DNA of 64,000 nt, taken from assembly GCA_030704615.1 (NCBI GenBank), contig CM060733.1:2542001-2606000 (forward strand), given 5' to 3'. Position 1 is the stretch's first letter. The number at the start of each line of letters is the position of its first letter. Origin of the DNA: Takakia lepidozioides. Taxonomy: Eukaryota; Plantae; Bryophyta. Positions 1 through 14,520 of the stretch are shown here, piece after piece. A model generated the notes under the pieces. The model was given only the letters and a program-made list of their open reading frames with translations. It was not told the DNA's origin and did not search any database. The position numbers and the translations under genes are program-made.

Positions 1-193
1 GTGATTGTGGTGTCCTCTGGATTACAGACATGGCGAATGAAGCGGACAAGCAAGACAGTTTCCAAACTTGTCATGTGATTGTCTACCACTGGCCTCTAGT
101 AGGAAAGAGGACTGATGGAGTTCTTGATATGTGATGGAATAAGCTTGGAATTGAAGAAATTTCTTATTTAGCCTTGCGTTTGTTAATGTCCAG

Positions 194-2057
194 AGTAGCA
201 AAGTGCTTGCACGGCGGCTGTTGAATAAGGAGCTGGAGCCCTTAACAGTTTTGAACATGACACCTGCGGAATTGAAGGTGGGGATCTCTTTTTGGTGTTT
301 GATGACCTAGCTCAGAGAAACATTCTTGTTCATACTTCTTCAACCCCACCCACCTCCCTAGACCTTTGTTTACTTCGGACATGTGATTTGTATTGACCTG
401 AGTTCTCTGTCGATCCCAACAGGATGGTTTCACAACTGTGGAAAAAGTTGCCCAAGAACCACCTGAGGAGGAGGCTATACAGGTATTTCTCTTCCCAATT
501 GAACCTTAGGTCATAAATTTCTTTCTCTCTGTCCATCTATGTCCAGCTTGCACAGGGCGCAACTGGGAAATTGAAACTGAAGAACACTTCTTCTGTTGCC
601 CTCTATATTACGAGATCCGTGGGAGATTCCACTGTCTATTCCGTGGAACTCAATCTCTCACTGAAGTCTTCCACTATGAGGATCAGAAATGCTTGGCAGC
701 TTACCTGCACGAGGCCTTCACCCTTAGACAATCCCTCGAGCAATAGTTTTATTTTTGGCGCTGGTTTTGTTTCCTCTCTAATTTTTTTCCATTTTGTCCC
801 ATAAGCTCTATGAGCTTTCCGGGGACGTTATAAAGTACCATTTCATTTCATTCATTTCATTTCTCTTTGTTCCATTCTCTCTCCGTACGTCCAAGTCAGG
901 CAATTGCATTACTCTGAATGTTTTCTTTCCCTTATAGCCTCTTCCGACATGAGCTGGAAGGCCAGAACTCATTCAGTTTTCAAACATAATGTGTGCTACT
1001 GCAGCTAGCCTTCATGCTGGTAGTAGAAGATTCTCTCTTTCAATCTCCCCCCCCACACCCTTTCCCTCCTCTATACTCCGTTGGAGTGAGAACTGGTTCA
1101 TTCCCTGACACCACGCAAAATTTGAAGGATTACTTTTCTGACTGTCTGGGTATTATCTGAAGCGAGGAAGGTAGATATTGGACATGACACAATGCCTATG
1201 ACAGATGGCGGATGTGCGGTGTTCGATTTGCACGGAACGTCAAGTGGGTGTGAAAGATATTATCCATGTTGGCTACGGCGATCGCTATCAGGTACTACTT
1301 GTCTTTTGAACACACCTGCGGGGACGACCATACCTCTGTATTTTTGTACTCAGTTATGATGTGGCTCTAATAGATGCCTGTAGTATTCCATATCCATCAG
1401 ATATTCTATAATGCTTATATTGGTAATAAGCTTTGAATTTTCCCAAATTTTGTACCTGGTAGTAATTCAGGGTTTGTGCAGCTTGAATGTCTCAAGTGTG
1501 GCCATTCCTGGTACGCATCAAGAGACACAATCTCATCGTTGGTAGACGCACAGCCATCACCAACGACGGTGGGTGCAGCCCCCTGGGCCACTTCCAAGTT
1601 TGAGGAGGTGGAGAAGGACCTCACGAGCCCCCACGAAGGGATGGTAAGCAGTTCTGCTGACTCAAGCATCGCAGTACCCGCACCACCTCCACACACCACA
1701 AGCCATTACCAGGAAGTTCAAAATCTTCTCACTGAGAAGATCCCAGTTACCAACCACCCTCATGATGGAACAGGGACTGTGACCACTGATCAAAGTATTG
1801 GGAACTCGAACCCTCAAGAAGACTCTCACTTATCAGGGGGTATTCCAGAAGCAAACCCTCCACTTTCTACTGGGGTACGACAGTCTAGCGATGGTGACAT
1901 GTCCCCTTCCAGTACACATGTTGAGAACTCACAAGGGTCTATACTGGGAAAGATTGAGACAGTGCCAAATGGTGGAGAAGATCATATCATTAGCAAGGTC
2001 GATGGAGATAAAGAGATGACACAATCATCTGCAGAGCTGGTTCCTCCAGGATCATGA
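194..2057 (+). CDS. AIPP3: 3' exons of a BAH + TFIIS-M (central domain) + zinc-ribbon protein, AIPP3/At4g11560-like; 5' part lies upstream of the window
   Basis: GT-AG exons 194-277 (SSKVLARRLLNKELEPLTVLNMTPAELK), 423-482 (DGFTTVEKVAQEPPEEEAIQ), 1205-1291 (MADVRCSICTERQVGVKDIIHVGYGDRYQ) and 1482-2057 (LECLKCGHSWYASRD...ATSKFEEVEKDLTSP) join in frame. They match the recalled C-terminus of plant BAH-TFIIS proteins. The BAH domain itself is not in the window. Confidence 0.8.
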
Positions 2058-2807
2058 AGCTAATTAATTTTAGTCTCAGTTCAAAGCTCAGATTGTAGGG
2101 CCCAGAGTAAAGCTTTTCTCAGGGACTGTTTGTTGTTTTGAGGTATTTACACTTGTTCTCTAGGTCTGAGAACAATCCAATTCTGTTATATGTACCGATA
2201 GGTTAGCACTAAACACTTGTACAAAAAATCAAAGAGGTTGAACTTTACACACTTAAGAAATTACTATCTTTGTTCTTGCAGCAACCAAGCTACTATCCAA
2301 TCTCTAACTTCTACATCTTCAAGGATTATTGTGGGAAGTGGGGCAGTGTAATTGCTGTGGACAAGATTTGCTAGAGGGTACAGAACGGGTACATCATCCT
2401 TCATGATCAAGCGGGCTGTACAGCATGTTGTTTTACTTTTTTCCAAAGAAAGAGGAGGAAGCCCTTTGAGTCAGGAAAAATTAGCTTTGGGGAATGCCAT
2501 TCTAGGCTCATGAGAGGATACAATATCCGGGCTGCATTGGGGGCTAAAAAACGGTAATCAGGTGGCCGCCAAGGAAGGCTTGTCGAAATGTCAGTACAGT
2601 ATGTTGACAATTATGAGCATTACCAGGTGAGTGTGCTACATAATTGATTTATAAACCCAAGCATGACCCAACCTGTACAAATTTGTTATCAATACTTGGA
2701 CTCCCATAGAGGGGATGCTTACTAAATAGCCTTATGTCAGATTTAGATACCTTATGATACGAATGAGTTCCTTTTCTTTGGCTCAAATGTTTCTATGTTT
2801 CTCCTCG

Positions 2808-4545
2808 TTAAGACGTTGTTTGCCGTAGCCTTGTGGCCATTGACCCCGCGCCCAGTTTGAGCGGGAACAAAAGGGACAGAACCTACCTCTGTCAGGGGCT
2901 GACGTTGGTAGTAAGACTTACCTCGATATAAAGAATTAATCCGGGTTTTCCAGATATCCTCTAGAAATCCCTTCACACAAGCATCAATCTGCTGAGTGTG
3001 ATTTGCCCAAAAACTAGGCCTCAGGAGGGCCTGGGCTTTTGGCTCAGCCTCGAGACTTTCAAAGTTGGTAAACAGGGGTACAGGCACAATTCCCTTAATA
3101 GATTTGAAGAGAGCGTCTCTTTGGTGAGAGAACCCCGGACAGTGTATCAGAAAATGAATACTGTCTTCAGATTGCCCACACAACGGGCAATTGCACTCTC
3201 CCTTTCCTCTCTGCTTCTGTTTGCTGTTCAAAGGTAGGCTTCCTGCCCTGAGTTTAAATTTCAGTCTAGTGCCGAGAGTGGGTACACCCTTGAGGACATC
3301 CAAGATGTCCTCCCCCATGTCACAGACTGGAAACAAGTTCAGGGAAGTTTTCTGCCTAACTTCATTTTCATCATACAATCTCATGGCAACAGACATGGCT
3401 GAGGACACTACAGCCTCTAAGTCAGATTTATCCAGCAGGGTCAAGACTTGCGGATCCAGGTCTAGGTCCTTGAGGATCTCTTCTACTCTCTTCTGCCAGG
3501 ACTTAGTCTGTTTGACAGGGCGGTCCTGTTTCCAAGATATAGAGTCGATTAATTTAGGATATCTGGTGTTGGGCATATGTTGCAGCTGACCCCACCATCT
3601 GACCTTGAATTCATCTCGTCGGGAGCTTAAGGACGGAATGCCAAACTCACCCCGAACAGCCACATTGGCTGTTTTGGAGCATGCTGACATACACTCCTTA
3701 AGCACCCCCACTTGAATGGATTCTAGAGACTTAGCCTGGTTGGAGTTATCAACCCATATAGCAGATCCGTACTCCAAGGCAGGTCTAATAACGCGACAAA
3801 GCATGGTGTTCTTAACCTCAGAGTTGACCCCTCTGCAGTGAAAAAATTTAGTGAGCCCCAGAGCTTTGCCCTTGCCAGTTTGAACAACTTTCCGGATATG
3901 TGCATCCCAATTACAATTGGAGGAGAACTCAACGCCCAGGTAAGTGTAGGAAGGGATGACCGGGATCTCTTGGCTACCCCACTGCCACTTAAGATCACTT
4001 CCTCCCTCTCCTCTGTCGTTGAATGCTACCACTGCACATTTGCTGACATTAGCCTCTAGACCCCAAAGATCAAAGTATCTCTTCGCGCAATCAGTCAACT
4101 CCTGGAGATTGGTTGGAGTCTCCCCTATGCCTGCGAAGTCATCCGCAAACATAAGGGCTGGTATGGTGGTATCACCCACCCTTAACCCAAATCCCTCACT
4201 TTCCACATCCTCGAGAAGTTGATTGATGAAAACATTGAAGAGCAGAGGGGAGAGAGTAGATCCTTGAGCTACACCTTGGTCTATGTCAAAGAAGTTGGAC
4301 TTCTGTCCGTTAACAGTGACACAGCTTTTGGTGTGTGATCCCACAAGACCAGAGGCGGAACCATAGGCCATCTCTCCACACTGTGTCATAAGCCTTTTTG
4401 ACATCCAGGAAAAAGACAAGTGGGTTTCCCTTCTTTTTTCCTTCCCTGGATAATCTGGCTTAGAGTGAAGATATGATCCACACAGCCCCTGTTTCGCCGA
4501 AAGCCAGCTTGGCCTTCGTGGAAACAACCTCTAGACTCCAGATCA
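2808..4545 (-). mobile_element. 5'-truncated non-LTR retrotransposon (LINE, RTE/RTEX-like): RT plus C-terminal zinc-binding domain
   Basis: QAGFR..R.C.DHIF, GVAQGSTLSPLLFNVFI, LMFADDF, YTYLGV, then CPLC..EDSIHFLIHC. Frameshifts near 4350-4420; no endonuclease domain present. Confidence 0.9.
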
Positions 4546-6036
4546 ACCTCGAGACGAGTACTAAATAGAGATGAGAGGAGAGAGAAGAGGTGTAAGAAGT
4601 CTCCAAGATTTAAATTGCTGTAATGCATAGTTGGGAGGCAATTGGAGTACATGCAGATCCGAAAGCTTTCTAGGAAAGGTCAGATCTACACAATAGAAAC
4701 TTGCTCTAGCTCTAGGCAACTAAATGAGCTTTCCGAAGACCCAAAAGTCGCCGAGGTTCACTAAAGTTATATATAAATGGCAAGAGATGGGTGTAGACTG
4801 TAGTACCTTCACGAAAGTTGGTCTTCATACTAATGGTTAGAGCTGGTTTTTCATATATGTAATGGTCTTCCGATCCCTGATCTGTATTCACAGGGTCACA
4901 GCTCAGTGTACTATATGACTTAGGTGTTTATAACGTGGATCCGGTATCATAGTGGTCGATTGTGTAGGACTGCGTTGTTTGGCGAGTACAATTGTAATGG
5001 AAGGGGCCGAAAGCCAGTCAGATGGGCGAGGAGAGGAGGCTTTCCCCAAATGAAGCCATGCCACTTCCGGGAGCGAGCTCCAGTGTCATGCCAGAGGATA
5101 TTTCTGACCAGAGTAATTTGATTGTGGATCTACAAGACTATCTACGTCCAATCTCTGGAGCAAAACCCTTTGCACCCTGGAGAACTGGATCTGGTGAGCA
5201 ATATTCCTACTTCACAGCTTACGATTACACGATGACAGAAGTCAGGGTGAGATCTTTTTCAGGACTAGCCTGAACCAAGTCTCAGACATTTGTAGAATCT
5301 CCTTTGCAGGAGCTCAAAGGTTTGTAAGCATGGGCAGGTTTTGAGGAGGCCACATTTCTGATTTCCCCCATGTCATCAATGGAGACTTGCCTATTGAAGT
5401 ACCTAGACATTTCCTCATGATTTAGACTTCAAAGATTTTGTTTACCTCTCTTGTGCAGCACTGGCCACTCCACACACTCCATTAACACTTCATCGCATGT
5501 AGTAAGCCTTGCATTTGACATTGTTCTTTGTGGCAGATGTTTCTTATGGTCCATGGTGTCAAATGCTGCCAAGTTATAGAATGGAAATAAAAATGACCAC
5601 TCTCCCAAGGCAAAAACGGAGTTGTTCTTACATCATAAGTGCAGAATCTTTTGGGGGAAAACAGTGTCATTGCGCCACTGGTCCAATGTCTTCAAAATAG
5701 AGTACAGCAGCTAGAAGCCCATTTATCTTCTGAACTAAAGGAGTGCAAAAAGGCGAGAAGGTTCCATGCTGTTGCTAAGAGTAACCATGGTCGCACTCGG
5801 GGTGAAGCACATCCTCTGTGAATGGTGAAATGCACCCCGATACAACCTGCTCTCAGTCCAGATACAAACTATTCAAGTCAAGGAACCATGGACGAAGCCA
5901 CGTGTCAGTATGGCAAGTCAGTAACAGTGGAGTGACAAGGAGGCTTGGTACTAGGGCATTGTGCAAAATACATTGTTGATGGTGGATGCTGTAAAAGTAG
6001 GCCTGCCAGAGTTAAAAGCAAGAGAACCAACTACTT

Positions 6037-9000
6037 TTACAACTTGAGGATTAGACCAATTGGGCAGTGGTCACTCCCACTGACATCAGGGAGAGTATAA
6101 GAATCATGGACAGAGTCACAAAGGGACTCCGAGAGGAGAAAGTAGTCCAGCCGCCACCCTGCCAGGAAAATCCCACAGGTTAATTTACATGTGGGTGAGC
6201 TTGATAGAATAATGCAGACATCTGCTAGATTGATGTGCATTACTGCAGTGGTGAACAGCATGCAGGATACAGTGAAGCCACCCATCCAAGTCCTTAAGGC
6301 AACTGCTGGATTGCCGTCATTACTACAGTCATGGAGGCCTCAATTAGTATTGAGGTAAGTAGCCCATTCCAAGGGAGGAGAGAGACAAAAGAATCGTGGC
6401 ACAATGCTGACACACAAGATACATGACACTACTACTGCAACCCACCGCGGTTTTTCGGCCGGGAGGCAGTTCGGTAGCCCCAGTAAGTATATCCAACAGC
6501 ATTTGGATGCTGCCGTCTGAATGTATCCACCAATCCCTGCTTCAGAAAATGCTTCTCAAATGAGTCTCTTTCTTCAGTTGTAAAGCCTGCACTCCGCTTA
6601 TTTCCCTGTCATATTTCAGCCCACAGCCAAGTCAACACAAAAGGGCAATCGAAGCTTGGAGCATCGTTGCCTCAGCCAACAAGGGCATGGCCTGATTCAT
6701 GGATGAGCAATGATATAGTTACCACAACTTTTTCTTAATGACACTGATGTTGACTCAATATCTAATCTGCAGGTGCTGAAATTTTGTGGCTACACCAGCT
6801 CTACTTTATAACAATAACCTGGACATTTAGGAAGGGCATGACATACACACTGATGGATCATTATTATAACAGCAGGAGAAGTACTGAGAGTGCTCAAGCT
6901 AATACAGCAATCAGTTGGGCATACATCAGGGTTATATATATCAATCTCTTGATGAGCACAGTTCAAGTCGCCCGTGAGTATGACTGGCTTCATCTTCTCC
7001 AGCTCCTGCATTAAGAAAGTCAAATTGTGAAATTCCAAGAACTGCACTAGCTATTTCTAGTCTACTATTAAGGATTGCTTGCAAGCTGTCGGGGTCCCAG
7101 TCTGCACTATGCTTTCTCGTTTCAAGATATAGTCTCTGCATAGTTTGATAGTACTTTATGACCCACGCTTCCATTCCAATCACCTCATAGAATGTACTCA
7201 TAAGACGTTTGCTGTAGCCTTGTGGCCATTGACCCCGCGCCCAGTTTGAGCGGAAACAAGAGGGACAGCACCTACCTCTGTCAGGGGCTGACGTTGGTAG
7301 TAAGACTTACCTTGATACCTCATAAAAATTGCTAAATGGGTACCTCTGATTAGAAAGCTTGGGAAACAAAAAGACCTGAATGGTCTTGTCAATGTACTGA
7401 CATATCAGGCTCAGAATATCCACTGTATGTATACCTCAAGGGATGCACACAAATATTTGTGAGGTCTATATTTTCATGAAGCAAAGTGACTTGCACTCAC
7501 TGTAGTGGCGCATGGGCAGATTGCATCCATTTTGGCACGTTGAAGGTTTGTATCTGTCTCCCTTAAGCCTGGGGGGTAGGGTTGTGTGAAGGTGTAGAAG
7601 TGGTGATTTGCAGTTTCAAACCAATCTCTTTTCAGATCGACTGTGACAAAAAAACATTGATCAGTCCTAGCTAGACAATACATTGAGAAGAGTACACATC
7701 CAACTAACGAGGACTGATCAATGTTTGTTTCCTGCAGCGGATTTGAGAAAGAGAAAGGTCTCAACCTACAATAACCAATTCTACACCTTCACACGCTGTT
7801 ATCCCAGCATAGCAAACACCTGAAGAGGAAGAGGAAGAAAAGGTTCGGACGTTGTTGTGCATTTTTCTACCACAATATTTTGCAACACCAAGACCAAACT
7901 CACCGACAACCACAACTCAGCGACTATACCATGGCTAAATACAGAAGTGCCTACTGTAAGAGCATACCTTCAAGTATCCACTGAAAGCAGGATCCCACTC
8001 ATTCGTGCGGTATGCCTGCCAGAATAGCCATATTAGCCACAAGCTCAGCATGTCCTAGTTCAGTCTCAGTTTTCCTTCACTTGATCCCCCACACACCATT
8101 TGAGGAGTGAAACAGTGAGGGTGTTGCTAGCAGGTGCCATGTAGAAGCCAAAGTACATAATATCATCATCTTACACCATCCCATCTTGGATGTTCTAGCT
8201 ATCAATTCCACCTCAATACTTCTATGAGCTTCCCACTCTTGACGAAGATTCATGCAGTGAGAAGTCAGGACAAATCCACTAATAGACCAAGGTTCCCAAG
8301 GTGCCACAGTTTAAATTACATTCATAATACAGAAGAACCAGCCACTGCTTACCAGTCTTTCCAACTTTCCACCCGAATTGGGGACATAGCAAACGACCAG
8401 ATAAAAAGAGTTGAACTCCACCGTAATAACCCGACCTTCATTATCATGATCCGATATCCCAAGGCCATACTTCACAGAGACAGGCTTGATCTGCAATAGA
8501 AGTAAAACACAAAACATTACCAAATGCATTGGAGTATTGGCTGCAAATATTAGCTGAAGACATGGTGCTGTAATGACAAAAGCGTGCAGTGAATATTCAA
8601 TTCTCAAATGCATCGGAGTAGTACTTTGCATATCAATGTAGGAGACACCTTATTGCCAAACTTCGTGGGATCATGGACTGTTGATGGAGTTGCAGGACAG
8701 AGTGTCAGTCACCCTATCATCCACTACTTTCCAAAGAATATTACAAGTTGTATGACCATAACAACCTGAAACCATACACGTCTCAGAATTGTCATCACGT
8801 CTTGACAGAGGCTAAAATCACCTATTCCACTAGGTAAGAACCACAAGTGTATCACATTCAGCAGATTTCAACAAATCTGACAACACAAAAAGCCTCTCAC
8901 CCGGGAGAAGACAGCAGTGCCTGAAGATCCAAGCTTGCCAGTGCTGCAACTCCAAATACTTTCCTCGTGGCTTGCTAAGAGAGATTGCCGAAGTTGCTCC

Positions 9001-12000
9001 ACATCTTTCTCCTGCAGACCAGGAAACAAATGAATGAGGCCATGGATACTCGGAATCAATGCTTGGTGGGATTTAGTACCAGGGGGTGCAGCAAATTGGG
9101 CAAAATCATGTAGTTTGTCACTACTGACGCCTGAAAGGTGACCTAGCGATACATAAGATGATTGAAACTCCATCAATTTATGGCAAAAATGGGGGATAGC
9201 TTGCCTGCAATTTTGTCTCCTGCAGACACAACACGTCGAAGTCTTCTCGGGCAGCCAGCCGCACCATCACTGGTCCCTCTTCATGCTGCATACCTTTCTC
9301 TTTCAAAAGAGCCCTCAGGCCATTCACATTCCATGAGACAAACTTCATAGTTTTCACTGAGCTGGCAGTAGGCACTGGCCTCATAGTGGATGGATTATAA
9401 GCCACCCAATTTGGCTGTGGCTTTTTGTGGACGAGCATGGACCATGCCTCGTTGTCTCCATCAGTTTCTGTTGCAGTCTTAAGAGGGAGATTTTCAGGTG
9501 ACTCTTTGCTGGACATCTTCCGAGCAACCCCCTTTTTCATCTTCTTCTCTTCAGACGGTCCATCAGATTTGCTGCCTTTCCCCACCACAACCTTCTCACT
9601 GTCTAATGAGGGCATCTTCCGTTTGGTCCCTGAGGTTCCTGGGCCAATTTTCACATTCTCTTCTGCCTTAACCTCTGCCTTAACTTCTGCCCCTGCCTTG
9701 TCTTTGCTACTCTTCTGTGCCGATGGTAATTTCTCAGCAACTGTTTTCTGTAAAGCCCCCCTCGGTGACCTCCTCCTCCCAGACAACTCATCTCCTAATG
9801 TTGGGACAACAGCATCTGTGGGCACATTGTCGGCCACATCGGCAAGAGCATCTCGTGTAGCCTTCTTTTGCCTCCCTCTCTTTGCCATCGGAGAGGCAGC
9901 AACCGTCTCCTTTACATTGTTTCGGGCTTGTTTTCTCGGTGAAGGAGCCACGACAGGCTTGCCTGAAGACACCTCTGCCTTCAAGACCACCTCCTCCAGG
10001 GACTGGCCTGACTCATCGTTTGAAATTTGATCTGCCTCTTGAGCTGTAGTAGAATGAATAATAGTTATTAGAGGGCTGGACTGCACGGTTTTCCTCAGAC
10101 CACCTTAAAGGAGAAGGAACGTAGCAAACGCTATAACACAGGGGTCCTAAACAACCATGATTGTCATCCAACATTCATGTCTGTATATTGGAAAAAACTC
10201 CAATGAGAAATAATTTAGTAGTGACACCACTTGTGTCCCGATTGAGACAGCTTAGAACAAATAAAACTCGTTTCCATGCATGAAAGACCCCTCCTCCACA
10301 AGCTAGCACCACAAATCTAATGCATGCTTAGCTGCAAAGGTTGATGTGTGATTTAAGATGGATACCATGCAATGTGACACCTGCACGTTCAGCCAGCCAC
10401 TTTTCTACTTCCACAATCAGGTCCTGCTTGCGGCCCACTGTTGGCTTTTGCATCTGCCTGTGAGATGCCAACATTTTGTATGAAACATAAAGAAGAAAGG
10501 ATTTTGGATACATATGAAAAAGCTCGCTTTCACCCTTAAAGCCTCGCTTGTTCATTGCTTACCAAAAGAGGCTAATACTGTTCCCTGCAGGAGCATGGAA
10601 CAGATGCCATGGAAAGCTCCATTAATCCAAATATAATCTCTCTTTTTCGAAGCTTACCATTGAGACAAAAGTTCACTGTATAGCTATGTGCATCTCCTTG
10701 AGTACATTTACTCTGGGTCAGCAGTGGATTTGATGATCTATATATTGGAGCTTGTCTGAGAAGGAGATGCCAGGAGAAGCATCGCAAACTTTCTTCGGCC
10801 TCTTCTCCCATATAGATTCTACTCTTCTGTGTTTCTGCTTCATCAAACACCTCAGAATTTGTCATTGTATTCTAGCAACACATGACAAGGGATAGAAATA
10901 GAGTTGGACTTTTGCCAACAGACCAGATCGAATGTTGTGATCCTATTGGAGACATACCCAGAAAGAACTCTGGAGTAACTTGAAAAATGGTCTTTAACAG
11001 CTAAAATCCCACAAGCCTCATGGGTATCACACAAATTCAAACAGAACTGTTCACCTACAAGCAAGAGACACACCTCATGAATTCACGAAGCTTCATCACA
11101 GTTAGAGTCTTGAGCTCATCATCTGCCTGCAGTGCCTTCAAACACACCTCCAAGTCTTGTGTCTGTGCCTCTTCTTTACTCTGCTTCTGTGATTTCTTCT
11201 GCATTTCCTGCCAATCAGAGGACACACTCCACATTCATATGTGTACAGTAATGACCTACTTGGCAGTGATGAAGAACTTCAATGTATGATGAGACATTTC
11301 ACAACCACAACTACACACACAAAGCTTTTCCTCTGCTGCTGCTACTCAATGCACAAAGAACAATACTTGCAGCAGTACTGACTACACAGCAACCCACAGC
11401 CTGTTGTTACCACAAAAGGACCCTACAAGAACAGTGGTCACACATTTTGGAAAGTCAGCATCCATACATGAGGTACTTTTTTATCATTGCTGTCTTTCTC
11501 GTCCTGATTCTTTGCTTGCAATATCTGGGCTGAGACCGTGACCTCTTTTCTGACTCTCAGTTGCCTCCCACCACTCTCATTCAGTGCCGGTATTTTCATG
11601 TAGGCCACCTTCCCTAAAGAAACTGGGTATCCCCTGCCCTCTCCCAGATGCTTCCCTCGTAGCAACAGGGACACTGGCTCGAAGCACCCTGCCCAGCTGG
11701 CCATACATCCAAAGAATCCTGTCAGCTCTTGACTTTTCACTTGGCTGCAAAGCTACTAGAACATCACATCTACATGACATCCATTGTCAAAGTGTTTGTA
11801 CCCATTTGAACTAAAGCTTCAGCTACCTAATAGAGAGCTCTATGCAAAGTAGTTCCTGGGGTTTGAGAGACAGTGTGGGGGTAGATCGAAGGGTAGAAAC
11901 GCTGCAAAGGTTCCTCTAGAGGTCTTACACCATCGATGTTCTTGTACAAATTTGTGAAGATTTCAGACAAGCCAAAAAATTCTTTGTCTATGATTCCCAG

Positions 12001-12687
12001 TTGCTCTGAAGGTGAGCATTATAGTTTTCACCTCAATCTTCAAGTTCAATGAGGCTTATGTATCACTGCCAAAGCCTGCCTTCCTCCTACAGTCTGAACG
12101 CCCTTCAATAGTAGCCAGACACACAAGTGTCTCATGATCACTAAGAGAGGTAGCTTATACTCAGAAGCACAGAATCAGTATAGCTTCTTGCAATGCAGCA
12201 ACAAGACAGTGCATCTACTCAGATGAAGTACCAAAGCATCCAGGGGAACGGTTGAACTAAGTGTTCTGAAGACAACCATACGCAGTATTTTAACTTCTTG
12301 CATGCAAAATTCGCCACATGTACAGCAACCTCCTGGCACACAAGTCTGTAAGGACTGTCTAAAGAGGGATAAGCCAAACGCTGATTGCTCCAGGTTAGAA
12401 GCACTTGGGTACATTCACCTTGCAAATGGGACAGTGAGCACAGAGGTTCCCAGCAAAGTCTGACGCCAAGCCCTTGTTGGTGGCAACTCGCAACAAGCCA
12501 CCGCAGGCGACAATGAGATGAAGCTACGGTTGCACCGATCAAATCTGAGTCGACTGGTAGCACTTTTAGAGAGATAAATTGATACTGGAGCTTGGTTGCC
12601 AGTAGTGCGGATGGCACGAAAAGACAATGTTTGCATCCGCACGTTGGCCAGAAATTCACAGCCACCGCTTAAATGCGTGCTCCACAT
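6037..12687 (-). CDS. ARP: Apurinic/apyrimidinic endonuclease ARP (ExoIII/APE1 family with SAP domain), 11 exons, about 748 aa
   Basis: Exons 12687-12419, 11744-11477, 11207-11074, 10457-10381, 10043-9205, 9011-8901, 8490-8353, 8015-7968, 7005-6925, 6605-6446 and 6158-6037 join with consistent phases. Motifs: SAP ([18 protein letters not shown]), [49 protein letters not shown]. Confidence 0.92.
7201..7318 (-). mobile_element. Short 3'-end fragment of the same LINE family, inside an ARP intron
   Basis: Nearly identical to 2808-2925 ([14 protein letters not shown]...[11 protein letters not shown]). CTCATAA occurs on both sides (possible TSD). Confidence 0.85.
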
Positions 12688-14520
12688 TCAAGGCTACGCA
12701 CTCAGATAATCTCTCCCTTCCTCTTCAAACCATAGCACCTCAAAAACTGGTCGGTTCTCTTGCATCATCTCAACATTCTCCACGCCCACTGTCTCTAAAT
12801 GATAACAGCTGCGTTCCCGCAGTGTTCCACATTGCAATGTACGTGGCAGTCTGACAGAAGAAACCTTGATCTTCCTGCCCGACAGAGACTGTCACTCACC
12901 AGGCCCAGGCCTTCTGCACAGGCCCGAGGATAAGCAAACAGTCCCAGGGAATGACAGATATGAGCAACGACCACACAGAATTGAGAAAATGAGTGCCCAA
13001 CTGACACAGTAGGCAGAGACTAGAGACCAAGAAGAAATGAATCACGGAGAGAGAAAGGGGACAGAGAACGCAGACCCGTAGACTCCAATTAAGAATGTCC
13101 TTGCACGCAGGTGAACGCAATGAAGCCCCAGCGCAAGAGATATGTAGGCCTAAATAGGTAAAGACACACTCTCTAGCACACTGGTGAAAAAAGCTGCGGA
13201 GTTAGACAGACGAATGTGCGTACGGGATTTGATGTGAAAGTGACAAAATGAAACAACAATGCCACAGGAAGGGAGAGGAAAAGAGAGAGGGGAATGTGGG
13301 TGCACGAAGATAACGAAGAATGACAGACAGAGGGAAGAGAAAGCTACAGCGAGAAGAGACGAATTGTCTGAAATCAAAATGCGAGCTACGAACCAGAGCA
13401 AAGGGCAGGCACAAAGAGATAAACCAAGAGGAAGAGAATGTGTATACAGAGAGAAAGAGCAGCACAAAGAGCATAGACTGGAGAAAGAAAGATCACGGCG
13501 GCAGGGTAGCGCGGGAAAGTTGCAGCTGCGCCGGCCTTGGCACCACTCCTCCTTTGCTTCGGTCCAGCCCCCGAAGGCACAGGGCTGGGAAGGGAAAGGG
13601 AAGAAGAATCACAGTTTATTGAGAAGCACTGTGTCATCCGCAAGTGAAGTTATGAGACATGTGGGGGTCTGGTTGGGTCCCTCCGAAGCATGAGCTCGGC
13701 CGTGCTGCCATCTTCGTTGCGACGTGGCCTTGCCATTCCTCGTAAGTACCTCTCTCTCTCTTGTACACATGATCATGCGCTTGTCATGATGAGAGGGTCA
13801 TCACTGCGCTCGTGAATAGCGCGCGTCCAAGGCCAAGGTATGCGCTATGATGGTAGGCACGACAGCAATAGCGGCTCATGAGTTTCTCTTCCACTGGCTG
13901 CTTTGGGAGATGGTTTGCTGGCAACTCTGATCTTAGAGCTGGAATGAGGTGACCATTGAGGACAGTGAAGGCAGCAGGGAAAAGATTTTGGAGTAGCTGC
14001 AAGGTGTTTCCTTTGGAAGGAAGTAGCAAAATGTCTTGTTGTTACCTTATTGTATCATCTCCCTTGTACATGAAATTGAGTATAGTGCCAGCACTTTTAA
14101 AGTCACATTGTAATACAAATTCAGAGCAAATTAAGCTGCAAACTGCCGGCATGCTCATACAATCAGGACATGTTACCAATCACACAAATGTGAAGCTGCC
14201 CACAATTAGTGTGCATGAAAGTTTGTGTTCAACTCCGTTGTACAAAACTCTTCACTGCACATAGATTGTAGTCCACTCTTTTCAGAATGAGTTTACTTAA
14301 GGGCATGAAATGGGTGGTGGGTTGCATAGTTTCACTGCTACCCAATCTACAAGAGATGCTTGATGCAATCTTACCCAAAAAAAGGACCTCCGCAGTCATG
14401 GGAATATCCGGCATTGAAGCATGACTAAGTTTTATACCCTGGCTTTGAAGCCTTAACATAAACTTAGTCATGTATTAAGTGCCCTATCAGTTTGAAGGCA
14501 GTATCACACTTTCACAACAA

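Noticed and set aside
4924-5821. Short ORFs between the LINE and the ARP 3' end
   Set aside because: No recognisable motifs or consistent exon structure.
9425-10030. 201-aa plus-strand ORF
   Set aside because: Antisense shadow of ARP exon 5.
2752-10086. AP endonuclease upstream of an RT on the same strand, read as one APE-RT LINE or a novel operon
   Set aside because: The endonuclease is an 11-exon host ARP gene with its own stop, and the LINE is independently 5'-truncated.
13150-13693. Overlapping ORFs upstream of ARP
   Set aside because: Products of purine/pyrimidine-skewed UTR or promoter sequence with no domain similarity.
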